A stretch of 64,000 nt of DNA from Eledone cirrhosa (lineage: Eukaryota), in assembly GCA_964016885.1 (NCBI GenBank), contig OZ024750.1, forward strand, positions 23,250,001 through 23,314,000, read 5' to 3'. Each line of letters begins with the position of its first letter. Position 1 is the first letter of the stretch. The position numbers were made by a program, and so were the translations under genes. Under the pieces are notes generated by a model. The model saw only the letters and a list, made by a program, of their open reading frames with translations. It searched no databases and was not told the DNA's origin. Shown piece after piece: positions 29,141 to 43,289 of this stretch.

Positions 29141-29904
29141 ATTGTTTCTACCTTTTCCCCAGTGCATTACTGGTACTTTATTTTATCGACCTCGCAAGGA
29201 TGAAAGGCAAAGTTTGCATTGTTGGCTTGGCTTTAATGGTAACGACGGCCACGGGTGGCATGTTTTTATGGACGACACTGGGTCCCATATAATGTTTATT
29301 GTGTTGTTTTTCCTGGTAGGTGGAGGTTTAGAGTGTGATGACAAACTGAAGCAACGCCCCCTGGGTGGCAGAAACTCTACCTACGCCACCACATCGGGTG
29401 TTTTATTCCTGTAAGGTGAACATAATAGCGAACAGAATGTGAAGTACGGTAACTTTATTACTTAAACTAATCTTAGGAACACTGTTATTTACTAGGCCCC
29501 TAGTTGCTGGAATTTAGACGTTTGTGAAAGATTTAATCCGTTGGCCAGTTTAACAGAGTCTGACTAGCGCTGGCTTAACCTTGCTTGGAGACTCTGGCGG
29601 AAAATTTCACCGGGGCACTTGGGAATTATTTAATGGTAGAAAAAATATATATTTGGGGGCCCTTTAAATACTGTAGGGACTCTGGCGACAGCTCGTAAGC
29701 CTTTATTCCTCTGGGAGGAGTCTCCCCTTAGTCCGGCACTGTACCTGAACTTTGGGTGACTTTAACAGTGTCCGCTCTGTTACAAGCATTCGAACCAGGG
29801 TTCCGGTCGGATCATATATTCCTCCCTTCCTTCTACAAGTCTCAATGACTTCGAATACGATCTTGGATTCAACCTTTTCGTTCGTGATTAAACGATACAA
29901 CCCA

Positions 29905-30400
29905 CCTCACCACCACCACCACCACCACCACCATACCACCACCACTACCACCACCATACCACCATACCACCACCACTACCACTACCACCACCACCACCAC
30001 CACCATACCACCACCATACCACCACTACCACCACTACCACCACCACCACCATACCACCACCACTACCACTACCACCACCACCACTACCACCACCACCACC
30101 ACCATACCACCGCCAGTACCACCACCACCACCACCATCACCACCACTACCACCACCAAACCACCACCACTACCACCACCATACCACCACTACCACCACCA
30201 CCACCACTACCACCACCATCACCACCACCATACTACCACCACTACCACCACCATACCACCACTACCACCACCATACCACCACCACTACCACTACCACCAC
30301 CACCATCACCACCACCAAACCACCACCACTACCACTACCAAACCACCACCACCACTACCACCACTACTGATAAAGATGATGATGATGATGATAGAGATGG

Positions 30401-30437
<37 letters not shown>

Positions 30438-30540
30438 AATGGTGATGAAGATGATGATAGCGATGGTGAGGTTGACGGTGATGACGATGGTGGAGATGTT
30501 GATGATGATGATGATGATGATGATGATAATGATGGTAAAC
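29905..30540. repeat. (CCA/CTA)n array followed by (GAT/GGT)n array
   Basis: Direct reading. Confidence 0.9.
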
Positions 30541-30746
30541 ATCCTCGTCACCATCATGTATGGCCATGCCAGACTGTGTAAGGTGTCTCTGGTGGTGTGT
30601 ACTAGTGGAATGTATACCTGTAGGAATAGTATTAATTAGCTATCAAATGTTACTAGTACATTCTCTCTGTCTAATGTCGTTAGAGTTCACTCAGCTGTAT
30701 ATATATGTATGTGTGAGTGTGTGTGTGTGTGCGTGCATGTGTGTGT

Positions 30747-30836
<90 letters not shown>

Positions 30837-30878
30837 CTGTGTGTGTATATATGTCTATATATATGAGTGTGTGTGTGT

Positions 30879-30911
<33 letters not shown>

Positions 30912-31000
30912 AACACACACACACACATATATATATATGTGTGTGTGTGTCTGTGTGTGTGTGTATATATGTCTATATATATATGAGTGTGTGTGTGTGT

Positions 31001-31031
<31 letters not shown>

Positions 31032-31136
31032 AACACACACACACATATATATATGTGTGTGTGTGTGTCTGTGTGTGTATATATGTCTATATATATGAGT
31101 GTGTCTGTGTATACATACATATATATATATATATAA

Positions 31137-31190
<54 letters not shown>

Positions 31191-31191
31191 C

Positions 31192-31224
<33 letters not shown>

Positions 31225-31582
31225 GTCTATATATATATGTGTGTGTGTGTGTGTATGGGGGTATGTATATGTGTATGTATGCTTGTATGTATGTGTCTAA
31301 GTATGTCAGTATGTATGTGTCTAAGTATGTATGTATGTATGTGTGTGTCTAAGTATGTATGTATGTATGTATGTATGTATGTATGTATGTATGTATGTAT
31401 GTATGTGGGGGTTCTCCTACATGGATATAAAGTAGTGGCCGTACTCGAAAACGAGTTGGCAGCCACCATGTATGTATGTATGTATGTATGTATGTATGTG
31501 TATAAGTATGTATGTATGTATGTATGTATGTGTGTAAGTATGTATGTATGTATGTGTCTAAGTATGTATGTATGTGTGTAAG

Positions 31583-31616
<34 letters not shown>

Positions 31617-31626
31617 TGTATGTATG

Positions 31627-31660
<34 letters not shown>

Positions 31661-31895
31661 TGTATGTATGTATGTATGTATGTATGTATGTATGTAGGTA
31701 TGCTCCATAACTTCCTAGTTCGGCGTTCTGCCAATCTTCTGCTAATGTTCCAACAGTAAATTACTGAAGCCAACCCCGTAAACCTTCTTCATTAAGCCAC
31801 TTTTGACGAGTTCTTTCTCCGGTGCCTCTATATGTGTCTGTATGTGTGAATAGGAACAATGTATGTCTATATGTGCATGTGTGTGTCTAGGATCT

Positions 31896-31935
<40 letters not shown>

Positions 31936-32187
31936 AAAGAAATATGTATTTATTTGTGTGTGTGTGTGGTTGAATAGGAATAATGCATGTGTGTCTGTGT
32001 ATGTGTATCTAGGAGCTATGTATGTATGTTTGTATGTGTGTGCGTGCATGTATGTATATGTGCGTGTGTGTGTGTGTATGTGTGTGTGTGTATCTGTAAC
32101 GGTATGTGAATGTGTCTGTGCGTGCGTGATTGTGAGTGTCTGTATGAATAGGTATGTGTGTGATGTGATGGTAGTAAGAGAGAGAGA

Positions 32188-32278
<91 letters not shown>

Positions 32279-32601
32279 CAGCCAACATATTCAGAAGTCA
32301 GTACAATAGTTCTGAAAAGATAACAATTATGTATAAAAGTAAGAATGATTTAATAATTCTAGGATATAATTACATAAATGGTCAGTGTGTGAGTACAAAT
32401 GACATACAGGAATAACTATACGAGTAACTTTGGAGGAATAACTATTTACAGGGACAAATATAGGGTTAGACCCTGTTATGTTCTTATGGATAAACGAATA
32501 CACTGCAACAGTGTAATAACAATACAATCGAAACAAACGGCAACATCCACACGTAACGGAACAACAATCTTTTAAGAACAAACAATCCGACACACTAACT
32601 C

Positions 32602-32877
32602 GAACTATGACTATCAACACACGAACTGTGGAACTAGAACCAACTTTGACTATCAACACACGAACTGTGGAACTAGTACCAACTTTGACTATCAACACAC
32701 GAACTGTGGAACTAGTCCCAACTTTGACTATCAACACACGAACTGTGGAACTAGTACCAACTTTGACTATCAACACACGAACTGTGGAACTAGTACCAAC
32801 TTTGACTATCAACACACGAACTGTGGAACTAGTACCAACTTTGACTATCAACACACGAACTGTGGAACTAGTACTAA
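32602..32877. repeat. 39-bp minisatellite, about 7 copies
   Basis: AACTTTGACTATCAACACACGAACTGTGGAACTAGTACC repeated. Confidence 0.95.
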
Positions 32878-34384
32878 CTCTCCCACTTACTCAGGCCGCT
32901 ACTACTTAAATGTAGTGGTCCAGCCCATTCTCGCCAGTGGGAGGCGAGGTACTCTCGCACAACAGACCCTCCCAAAACCTTGTGATTAGAAGGTGAACTT
33001 AATTTAGTAACATGACTGATATAGGAAATACATTGTATGTATGTGTGTTTTCGTGTGTAAATTTTTGAGTTACAGATGGATATATTACAGATATATATAT
33101 ATAAATACACGTGTATAGAGAGAGATGTAATTCGGTTAAATATATACGAATGGGATGCGTAAAATTCCACATCGAGTATTTGATGAAGACTTGTAAATAA
33201 CTTTAAAGATTATGAAACCATCGCTAACTTAATTAAGGAAAGTACATTTTTGTTTTCATTTGAAACACTTAGTTTTCAATTAGAGAGTTATATACAAGAA
33301 GGGAAATAAATAATTTTCTATATAGATAATAAACACAACCACAAGGGTATGGTCCGAATGTAGAAGAGCCGAACTCCCACTGTCATCGCCTCCATCTCTC
33401 TCGCCATCCCCATCTCTCTATATGGTGAGCAAATGGGGTCCCACGTGCTGGCCTCCCCGCAGCCCCGGTGGACAGAATGGAGAATATGGTTGATTCCCAG
33501 AAAGAGTCGTCTCCAAGTTTATCTTCCACAACTGAGTTAAAATGATTACATTTTAGTGAGATAATTATGATAATCAATAAATTGTCAGATGAAATTTGTC
33601 CACAATTTTATCTATGCTGTTTCTATATCACTGTTATGACATTAACTTTTAAAAGTCCTACTTTGTCGACTTTTCCATTATCTGTCAACATTACTTTCTA
33701 TTTTCATCAATCTTCCGTTTTTTAAAGATAATATGCAATCAGTTATTGGTATGAAACATTAAACTGTTTAGAATGGATTAGTGCCGTAATATACTCATAA
33801 ATGTTAGTAGATTTTTGATTGAATCTTTATTTAAGAGATTGGTTCTGACAAACAACTCGTGAAAAACCAAACATAATGAGTTTTTCCTACTTGTGCCGGC
33901 GTGTGGCCTAGTTGTCTTGGGTTCGATTTATGGACTGGGCTGTGTGTTGTATTCTTGAGCAAAACTCGTTGGTTGAGCTGAAAATCAGTACCATCAATTT
34001 AACTGGAGAGTTAACCTTTCAATGAGCTGGCGTCCCCTGTCCAGAGAGGAGTCTTGTATTCTCAGTCGCTTGTGACATGCCCTAGACGTTTTAGACCAAC
34101 TTTTAGCACTTCACTTATAAATCCTACAATGTATACAAGTTGAGCTGTTCGGCTCACGATCGTAAGATCAGGATTTCGATCCCCAGTAGCGCATTGTGTC
34201 CTTGAGCAAGACACTTTATTTCACGTTGCTCCAGTCAACCCAGCTGGAAAAAATGAGTTGTATCTGTAAGTCAAAGTGTCAACCTTGTTACACGCCGTGT
34301 CCCGATGAATATTCCTGAGAACTCCCTTAAGATTGCACCTGCCTATGAAAGGTGTGCAAAAGCCAGTTGCATGTTGATGTCTAA

Positions 34385-34668
34385 GTCTAAACGCTGTCTT
34401 AAGCCAGCAGGCTCATTGGGTCGGTGCTTATCCCGGTTTCATGGCGTGAAGCGACTGAGAGTACAGGACTCCCTCCTGGATAGGACGCCAATCCATCGCA
34501 GAGTTAAACCCCCAATCTATTGCTAGTACTCATTTTCAGCTGAGTATACTGTAGCAACGTGAAATGAAGTGTTTTTGCTCAAGAACACAACACGCGACCC
34601 AGGAATCGAACCCACGACATTATGATCGTAAGTCCAACACCCTTACCACTAGGCCACGTGCCTCCACT
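34385..34668 (-). mobile_element. Full-length tRNA-CORE SINE family D
   Basis: Minus-strand head GGAGGCACGTGGCCTAGTGG..GGTTCGATTCC, CORE-like TTCTTGAGCAAAAACACTTCATTTCACGTTGCT; related copies at about 9795, 14890, 33895, 40870, 61340 and 61930. Confidence 0.85.
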
Positions 34669-35399
34669 ATGTTGGGGGTGCCATAATAACATACAGCATG
34701 TCTTGGGCATTTTAAACCTTGCTCAGCTCATCCCTCTCCACGTATGAACACGAGAGATTTTTTTCCAGAGAAAGAGAGTGTGTGATAGATAAGGGGAGAT
34801 ACAAAGAGGGTGTGATATGAAAGAAGAATCGACGGGTGTTTATTGTAGAGTCATCGAAAGGGTGAAAGGCAAAGTTAATCCCGGCGTGATTTGAACTCAG
34901 GGCGCAGAGAGCTGGAACGAATACTGCAAAGCATTCTATCCGACGTTCTCAAGATTTTACTAATTCGCAACACGAGTAAACAGCAAAACAATGTAAATGT
35001 TGAATAAAAGGTTGAATAAAACAGTAAAAGAATAAAAATAGAAACTGTTACTAAGTAACAGTGATTGGAGAAATAACTAAAGAAAAATCGTTCAAACTTA
35101 GATTTATTCAATAACTAGATATTCAGAGCATGTCATTTCTTTATTGATCTCATTGATCGGATTATATCGGAGTGGAAGGTCCGATTCAGAAAATGACCTT
35201 TAACAGATTGAAAAAAAAAAAAAAAAAAAAAACAAACATTCTGGGTGCAGACATGGCTTTATGGTTAAGGAGTTGGGTCGTAACCACGACCACGTTAATT
35301 TCAGGTTCAATCCCACAGCCTGTCACCATACTATAGCCTCAGGTATACCAATGGGATGTGCGTGAAATTTGATTGACGAAAAATATACAAAAGCAGGCT

Positions 35400-35431
<32 letters not shown>

Positions 35432-35435
<4 letters not shown>

Positions 35436-35596
35436 ATTAGAAAGTGAACAACACAATATATAACTATTCCATTACCAAAGGTTTCTGGATCCTAGACAAT
35501 ATTAATATATGTCTGGATCGTTCATCAGACAGAGATGTTAATTAAATAGCTCTGCTAGAGCACTCTTTTTTTCCTTTGCTTTTTCTTCGGAATTAC

Positions 35597-35598
<2 letters not shown>
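35432..35598 (-). ncRNA. Type I hammerhead-like motif in a Penelope-like remnant next to (TA)n
   Basis: Minus strand TCTGT-CTGATGA-ACGATCCAGACA(loop)TGTCTAGGATCCA-GAAAC-CTTTG-GTA-ATGGA; core at 35468-35533; stem II base mismatched. Confidence 0.5.
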
Positions 35599-35687
<89 letters not shown>

Positions 35688-36456
35688 GGGGGGAGTCGTA
35701 TTTCAGAAGAAATACGGTATGTTTAAAGTGAATATTTAGAGAGCCGTAGCTATGCTAAAACAGCAGCGACTAACGCCGTCTGGCGGTGTCGAAATTGTAA
35801 TTCTAAATATATAAATGTGTGACACCAGTAAAAAGAATACAAGAATAACAGATTAATCGAGAAGGAATGAGAAGAGAAGTATGTGATAAAGTTACATATT
35901 CTAGGAGTGTTCTATAATAGAATAACAATATATCTTGATGTGGTAACACTTGTTTAAGAGAGTAACTTCCGTAGGTTGGTCATTGTAAGATATTGGTCAT
36001 GGTCGATATTGTGGTCTTTAAAAGAGATTTAATGGTCATTAACATAACCTGATCGATAGAGTATCAATAGGATAGATGTCAATACATTAACAGGATTGTT
36101 AGAGAAATCAAATGGAATGGACCTCTGTCGGTTTTGACGACGACTGCTCCAGTTGTTCGATAATTGGAATTGCCTGCTCTTGACGTTTAAGTAGCTGAAT
36201 ATTCCACAGATACGTATACACCTAACGTAATTCTCAGGAAGATTCAGTGTGACAGTGTGTGACAATGATGGACCTAGTTTTTGAAACCTCTTGCTTTAAC
36301 CACACTGAATGTTCTACTACACAGCCGCCACACACCCATATCAAATCATGTGACAGGTCATAACACTTTACGATCCTCTCCACCGCTTTGTATATTTTCA
36401 CAATGCTGCTTCGCGGTAAAAATGTTTAACAATTTATTTGTTGATTGCGTAAAATT

Positions 36457-36490
<34 letters not shown>

Positions 36491-36785
36491 ATTGGCTTCT
36501 ACAGGACTAGAACTGTTTCATTCGGGAGAAATCATCAGGAAGCCGACTGTCCAAGTAATATGGTGGTATTTATACCTTTTCTGGTGGTAGGAGAGGGTGG
36601 GGATTCAGATGGGTGGAGGTCATTGGTTGATGGATTTAAAGAAAAGGGAATTCTTTAAAAACTATATTTAAGATAACAAAGGCAGAAAAAATTCAAGATG
36701 GTTTTCTATATTAAATATTTATACTCTGCTATGTATTGAGTACCTTACTTACTGTGGTTACCCCCGATTGAACCCGTGATAAACT

Positions 36786-36812
<27 letters not shown>

Positions 36813-36816
<4 letters not shown>

Positions 36817-37033
36817 GATCGATCGACTTTCGTCAAATCGGACCGAGGAAACAATGTTTTCGTCGGTCTTTACAGTTGCTAGTACTATCGATCGGTCGCA
36901 ACTCCAGGTAGAAGGAGCAACGTGAAATAAAGTGTCTTGCTCAAGGACATAACACATGGCCCTTGAGCAGGAATCGAACTCACAACCTCAAGATTATGAA
37001 TCCAATTCTCTAACCACTCAGCCACACGCTTTC
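36813..37033 (-). mobile_element. Family E SINE, second copy
   Basis: Reverse complement of 10436-10655 including the unique tail, abutting (TA)n. Confidence 0.85.
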
Positions 37034-37177
37034 AATATAAATCTGGGGTCCTAAAGGATCAATAATGCACCACTCTAACGTCTGTGCCTTAGGTGGCCGC
37101 CCAGCTGGCTTGAATAGCAGCGCTGGCTCCGAATCCCGTCATAATTTATCAGCTCAAACAAAATCTGGATGGAATTA

Positions 37178-37876
37178 CGAGGGTTGGCTCAAAAGTTCAT
37201 AAGCTGACCAAGATACTCTCATGGAATGACCAAATGAGGTTTATTTTTTTCAACATAGTCCCTGGAGAGAAACAATGCAGTTATTAACAAGAAGAGTTGA
37301 AATTTATGCACGCAAGATTTCACAGATCAAGCATCACTCCTTCATAGTCAGCCTAAAGTTCATAGGCTAACCAAGATACTCTCATGGAATGACCATAATC
37401 CCTGGAGAGCAACAATGCAGTTATTAATAAGAGTTGAAATTAATGCATGTAAGATTTTACAGTTCTTGCATCACTCCTTCATAGTCAGCCTATGATCAAG
37501 ATACTCTCATGGAATGGCCAATTGAGGGTTTTTTTTTCAATATAATCCTCGGAGAGAAACAATGCAGTTATTAATAATTGTTTCTACTTTAGGCACAAGG
37601 CCAGCAATTACCCAGTGCATTACTGGTACTTTATTTTATCGACCCCGTAAGGATGAAAGGCAAAGTTAACCTCGGCGGAATTTGAACTCAGAATGGCAAG
37701 GACCGTAACTCTATACGTCAAAGTATGGCGTCCGACCCTCTACCGATACTGCCAATCCACCGCAATGCAGTTATTAATAATAAGTGCTAAAATTAATGCA
37801 TGTAAGATTTCACAGCACTAACATCACTCCTTCATAGTCGGCCTTCATAGTCGGCCTACTTTTTAGTCAATTCTCG
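37178..37876. mobile_element. Mariner-like MITE with internal tandem reiterations and nested SINE
   Basis: TA-CGAGGGTTGGCTCAAAAG ... TTTTAGTCAATTCTCG-TA; CAAGATACTCTCATGGAATG..AATGCAGTTATTAA repeated 3 times. Confidence 0.7.
37579..37762 (-). mobile_element. Full-length short-variant SINE family A with 19-bp TSD
   Basis: CAATGCAGTTATTAATAAT at 37560-37578 and 37763-37781; A-box TGGCAGTATCGG, B-box GAGTTCAAATTCC. Confidence 0.95.
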
Positions 37877-38132
37877 TATATACAATGTCAATTTTAATAT
37901 AGAAATGCACATGAAAGTTTAGACTTTGTTAAATATGTATAAAATATAAATTGGATTATCTGAGAGCTGTGCGTGTCTTTTGTAATGACTAGTGTTGATG
38001 TGGAAATGTGTGTCTAAGGTGGTTTTTCTTTGATCTTCCTCATTGAAACGAGTTAGATGTAAAAATCGAATGCATGTATGTATGCTTGTATGAATGTATG
38101 CATCTGTGTATGCATGTATATGTATGGATGTA

Positions 38133-38237
<105 letters not shown>

Positions 38238-38284
38238 CCCCTTATTGTACAACCAACTATGTTACTCTTCGTTCTTTCACTATG

Positions 38285-38332
<48 letters not shown>

Positions 38333-38474
38333 CATTCATATATATACACATATACATACATACATTCTTATACATACATATATGCATACATATACATACA
38401 TTCATATATATATACACATATATACACATATACATACATACTTACATACATACATATATATATACATATATTTA

Positions 38475-38592
38475 CAGGGTGTCCCAGAAAATGTATACAC
38501 ACTTCAATAGCATTCTAATATATATTGCCTGTACAAGTAATCAAAGTGTGCATACATTTCTTTTTGGGGGGGGGGGGGGGCACAACAACCTG
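38475..38592. mobile_element. Small Tc1/mariner MITE
   Basis: TA-CAGGGTGTCCCAGAAAATGTATACACACTT ... AAGTGTGCATACATTTCTTTTTGGG..CCTG-TA. Confidence 0.7.
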
Positions 38593-38596
38593 TATA

Positions 38597-38632
<36 letters not shown>

Positions 38633-39134
38633 CCGAAAAACTGATTTACTTAAATTATTACCAAAGTAAAAGTAATATTAAATATTAGTAACGATAACAT
38701 AGCAGCAGCTGCTACAACAACAACAACAACAACAACCACTACTGCTACCACCACCACTACTACTACTACTACCACTACTACTAGGACAATACTTTTTTTA
38801 TAATATTCTATTAACGTGTTATGGATGTGGTACGGAGTAACTTCCTACATATGTTATTTAAAAGACGAGAGAAAATAACTGTTGTTGTCATCGTCATGAC
38901 ACACACGCACACACACACACACACACACACCTATATATATATATAATCCAGATCGATATTCTATCAAAAGATGACATTGACTTGATTTTATTTCGTGTCA
39001 GAGCAAGTTCGATAGCTCAATATCCTGCTATCTTTAGTATTTAATCCTTTTACTATAATTTTACTGGTTTCAGTCGCAAGGTTGCGGCCATGCTGTTGTG
39101 CTGTCTTAAAGGGATTTAGTTTATCAGAAACTTC

Positions 39135-39545
39135 CTAAGATGTACACAATGCAATCTATGGACGTAGGCAAATTAATGGTGAAGACAGACTTTGTATGTG
39201 GCAGATGCATAGGAGAAGTAAGCAATGAGAGTGCATGTGAAATTGATCCCCTCGGCTGCAATGAAGGCTCCATAGAAGTTGTTGACAGCTTTTCTTACCC
39301 AATGAACCAACACAGCATTTGGGGCAGGATGCTCTGAGAGTGTGATAACCAGTTTAGGGGGTTGGTAACCCTGCTGACAACAAATAATTTCTCTCTCAGA
39401 ATGAAGGGTAGACAGTAATGGCGCCTGTGTGTGAACTGCAAGGTTACACGACAGTCAGACATGGGTCTTGGCTGCAGAAGACCAAAGAAGGTTAGAAAGA
39501 AGTGAAGCTAGTATGCTCCTATAGATGTGTAATGTTAGTCTACGA
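39135..39545 (+). pseudogene. Degenerate RTE LINE ORF fragment
   Basis: Broken frames read FVCGRC..EVVDSFSY..FSLRMKGR..SQTW..RRLERSEASML..MCNV. Confidence 0.75.
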
Positions 39546-40808
39546 TGTCTGTATATAGAAGAAATCATTATATATATATATATATATAATGATTTCTTCT
39601 ATATACATAGTTACGTCCCTTTACGGTCTGAGTTCAAACCCTGCCGAGGTTAACTTTGCCTTTCATCCTTACGGGGTCGATAAAATAAAGTACCAGTAAT
39701 ACACTGGGTAATTGCTGGCCTTGTGCCAAAAGTAGAAACAATTATATATATATATATATATATATATAAATGTATGTGTGTGTATGACAGTATAGGTATG
39801 TGTGTATGTATGTATGTGTAGATATCTCTATGTGCGCGTACATGTATGTATGTGTATGTATATCTGTATGCGTATGTACATTATATTATATGTATTATAT
39901 TTTATTGTTTTTATTTTTTTATTTTTCATAATTTATAGATACATTTATATTAGGCTGTCTGGTCTGACAACCTAATACTGACCCATCCCCCCCCCCCCTC
40001 CCACCTAATTTCTGTATCTTGATCTTGAAATGGGTGTACCAGTGTGTTTATGTGAGTGACTTAATTTCTATTTGCTTATGATTTTATATCCACATATATA
40101 AATGTGAGTGGGGGAGTGTGTGTGTTTGTGTGTTTGTGGTTATGTGTATATTTATATATATACGCACATGTATGTGTGATTATACTGATATGTGTGAGTA
40201 TGAAAAAAATATATTTATATGCTTGACTCCATAAGTATCATTGCGTATCTTATCAGCACATTAAGCTTACAGAGATATTAACCTTGAAAATTTTTTATTT
40301 GCATCCATCTTTTTAGTATGCACATACAAATTATACACACATTATTGTAAAATGTGTGTGGGGTTTTACATGTATATACACACACCAAACTGCTTTTTAA
40401 CCCTTTGTGTTTTCATTGGTCAATTTTGAACTGATATTTTGAATTGTTGTTATTATCAATAAATATACTTCATTATTTCTGAAGACGGCGTATATATGAG
40501 TTAGGTATGTATATTTAATCTTGATAATTTGTATAATTTTGTATAATTTTGTACATAGATCTGTTAAATATGCATACCAATTATAACACATATATACCCT
40601 AGAAACGATCGTTAAATAGTGAACTTTTTTTGTTTAATATAAGGAATTGTTTGTTCATTATTTGTTTAATATTTTATCTTGACTCTGTATACCGTTTATC
40701 TTTCACCGAAATTGGATTTTCATTACATCTCTTCTTTCCATGATATCCGGAATACATTGAGTTCTTCATACGGATTGGACACTACCGTAAACTCTTGGTA
40801 GATTTATC

Positions 40809-40858
<50 letters not shown>

Positions 40859-41037
40859 TATATATATATGTCTAAAATCTGTCTTAAGCTCATTTGGCCG
40901 GTGCTTAACTCGGTTTTATGACGTGAAGCGATTGCTGGTACTCATTTTCAGCAACACGAAATGAAGTGTTTTACTCAAGAACACAACACGCCGTTATGAT
41001 CGTAAGTCCAACACCTTTACCACTAGGCCACGTGCCT

Positions 41038-41175
<138 letters not shown>

Positions 41176-42875
41176 ATACCCACGGGATCACCAGAAAGAG
41201 ATATAGAGGAAGCATTAACCCCAGTACTGAACTAGTAATTTCTTTATCGACTTCTAAGGAAGAAAGGCAAAATTGACCTCAGCAAAATTGACCTCAATGT
41301 GCAAAGAGCTAGAACGAATACTGCAAACCCTTCTATATTATGACGTTCTAATGGTTCTAGCACTTCACCGACCTTTTATAATACTTCAATATCTTCAATA
41401 TATCAATCATTAATTTCCCAACGAGACATTTTCAATATAGTTAATGATTTGTTTATCTAGACCCAGTAACTGTATAAACGCCGTAGAGTTGATTGAGTAT
41501 TTGTCCTGGTACACTTCTCAATGAATATTTTCTACCGCAATATTTTGCTTGCATAGCAGACTAAACAATAAAATTGGTTGCAAATATATTTGATTACACT
41601 CAGCATAGCTGGTCGGCTGCAATTTCAAAGATCCGATCGTTAAAAGCAAACGAGAACGTTTTGTTGACTTTACTATCAGTTTATCACGTGATAATAGTTA
41701 TTTTTCGTCGAAAGTTATTTTCCTTTCATCTTTTATTTATTCTTATTTAATTTTTAACTCTTTTACTTGTTTCAGTCATTTGACTGAGACAATTCTGGGG
41801 CTCCACGCTGAAGAAATTTGTCGAACATATTGACTCCAGTATATTTTATATATTTCTTTAAAGTGTAGTTCTTATTTTATCGATTTCGTTTTGTCAAACC
41901 TCTAAATTCGTCGAACATAAACATTAACTGTAAACCTCTCTTCTCTGACACCAGAGCTCTTGCCATCCCCTCCCCTTTCCAGTTCTTTTTCTTCTTTCTT
42001 TCCTTCTTTTTTTCTCTAAATTTCCCTATTTTTTCTTTCCCTTTGTTTCCCCTTTTTATTTATTATTGCCGTCATTATTGTTGTTATTATTGAAACTGTT
42101 ATTGTAACTGTTATTGTTACTGTCATTATTGTTACTGGCCCTTGCCATTCTGAGTTCAAATCCCGCCGAGGTTAACTTTGCCTTTCATCCTTACGGGGTC
42201 GATTAAATAAAGTACCAGTAATACACTGGGATAATTGCTGGCCTTGTGCCAAAAGTAGAAACAATTATTGTTACTGCAAATAATATCATGTTTAAACAGT
42301 TTTTATCATAAATAAATTGACTGCAAACACACACAGACTGTAATTCTCCAAAATGGCGATGGACACTTCGTCGGTTTCGACGATGAGTGTTCCATTTGTT
42401 CGACAAACGAAACAACCTGCTCATGGAATTAATGTGTAACTGGTAGACCATTCCACAGACACGTGTACCCTTAACGTAATTCATAGGGAGATTCAGTGTG
42501 ACAAAGCAGGCCCTTTGAACTACTGATACAGGCTACCCGATGGGCTTCCAAACAGATTCCGTTTACTAATGTTCACTAACAAGGCATCGGTCATCCTCAG
42601 GCTATGGTAAATGACATTCGCCTAAGAGGTTACAAAATAGGATCGAACCCGAGACCTATTAATTACGAAGCGAACCTCATAACCACTCGGCTATTCTGTA
42701 TCTAAACCAAAGTAACAATGTACATAGAACCAACATGGTAAGGCCGGCTAGTTGTTTTCACTGTAGAAACAGGAGTTGAAACACACTTGCCATGTTCTGA
42801 GCAAAAATAAAAGACACACTATTTTGTCTTTAAAATTAAAGTCTTCTTTGATTGTGGATTACTGTGATCAATTGA

Positions 42876-42914
<39 letters not shown>

Positions 42915-42948
42915 CTCTCTCTCTCTTTCTCAGTCTTTCTCTCTCTCA

Positions 42949-42999
<51 letters not shown>

Positions 43000-43082
43000 A
43001 TATCTTGCACCTATACACATATATATATATATGTGTGTGTATAGGTGTGTGGGTGGGTATGGGGTGGGGTGGGGGGTGGGGG

Positions 43083-43270
43083 ATTTGGGACCCCGACGGC
43101 TGAGCTCCGGCCGTTTCAACAGCAAGATCCGAACGTTCGGATCTAGTTGTTGAAAAGGCCGGAGCTCAGCCGAAGGGGTCCCAAATTTTTCATATTACCC
43201 ACTCTACTACCTCAAGTATCGAGTACTCTGGTGAGTAATGGTCTAACTGGTTTTTACCGCCTCAATTCTA
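43083..43270. mobile_element. Hairpin mini-element, copy 2 (palindrome 43083-43186 plus tail into (TA)n)
   Basis: Homologous to 49962-50137; single arm also at 19668-19703. Confidence 0.8.
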
Positions 43271-43289
43271 ATATATATATAAGATATCG

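Noticed and set aside
34600-34668. tRNA gene candidates (A/B boxes here and at 5130-5205, 10436-10505)
   Set aside because: They lack a complete cloverleaf and match SINE heads; the 34.6-kb and 10.4-kb copies run straight into CORE/SINE bodies
40555-40620. GAAACGATCGTT resembling the 3' half of a hammerhead
   Set aside because: The upstream box reads CTGTTAA rather than CTGANGA and the stems do not close
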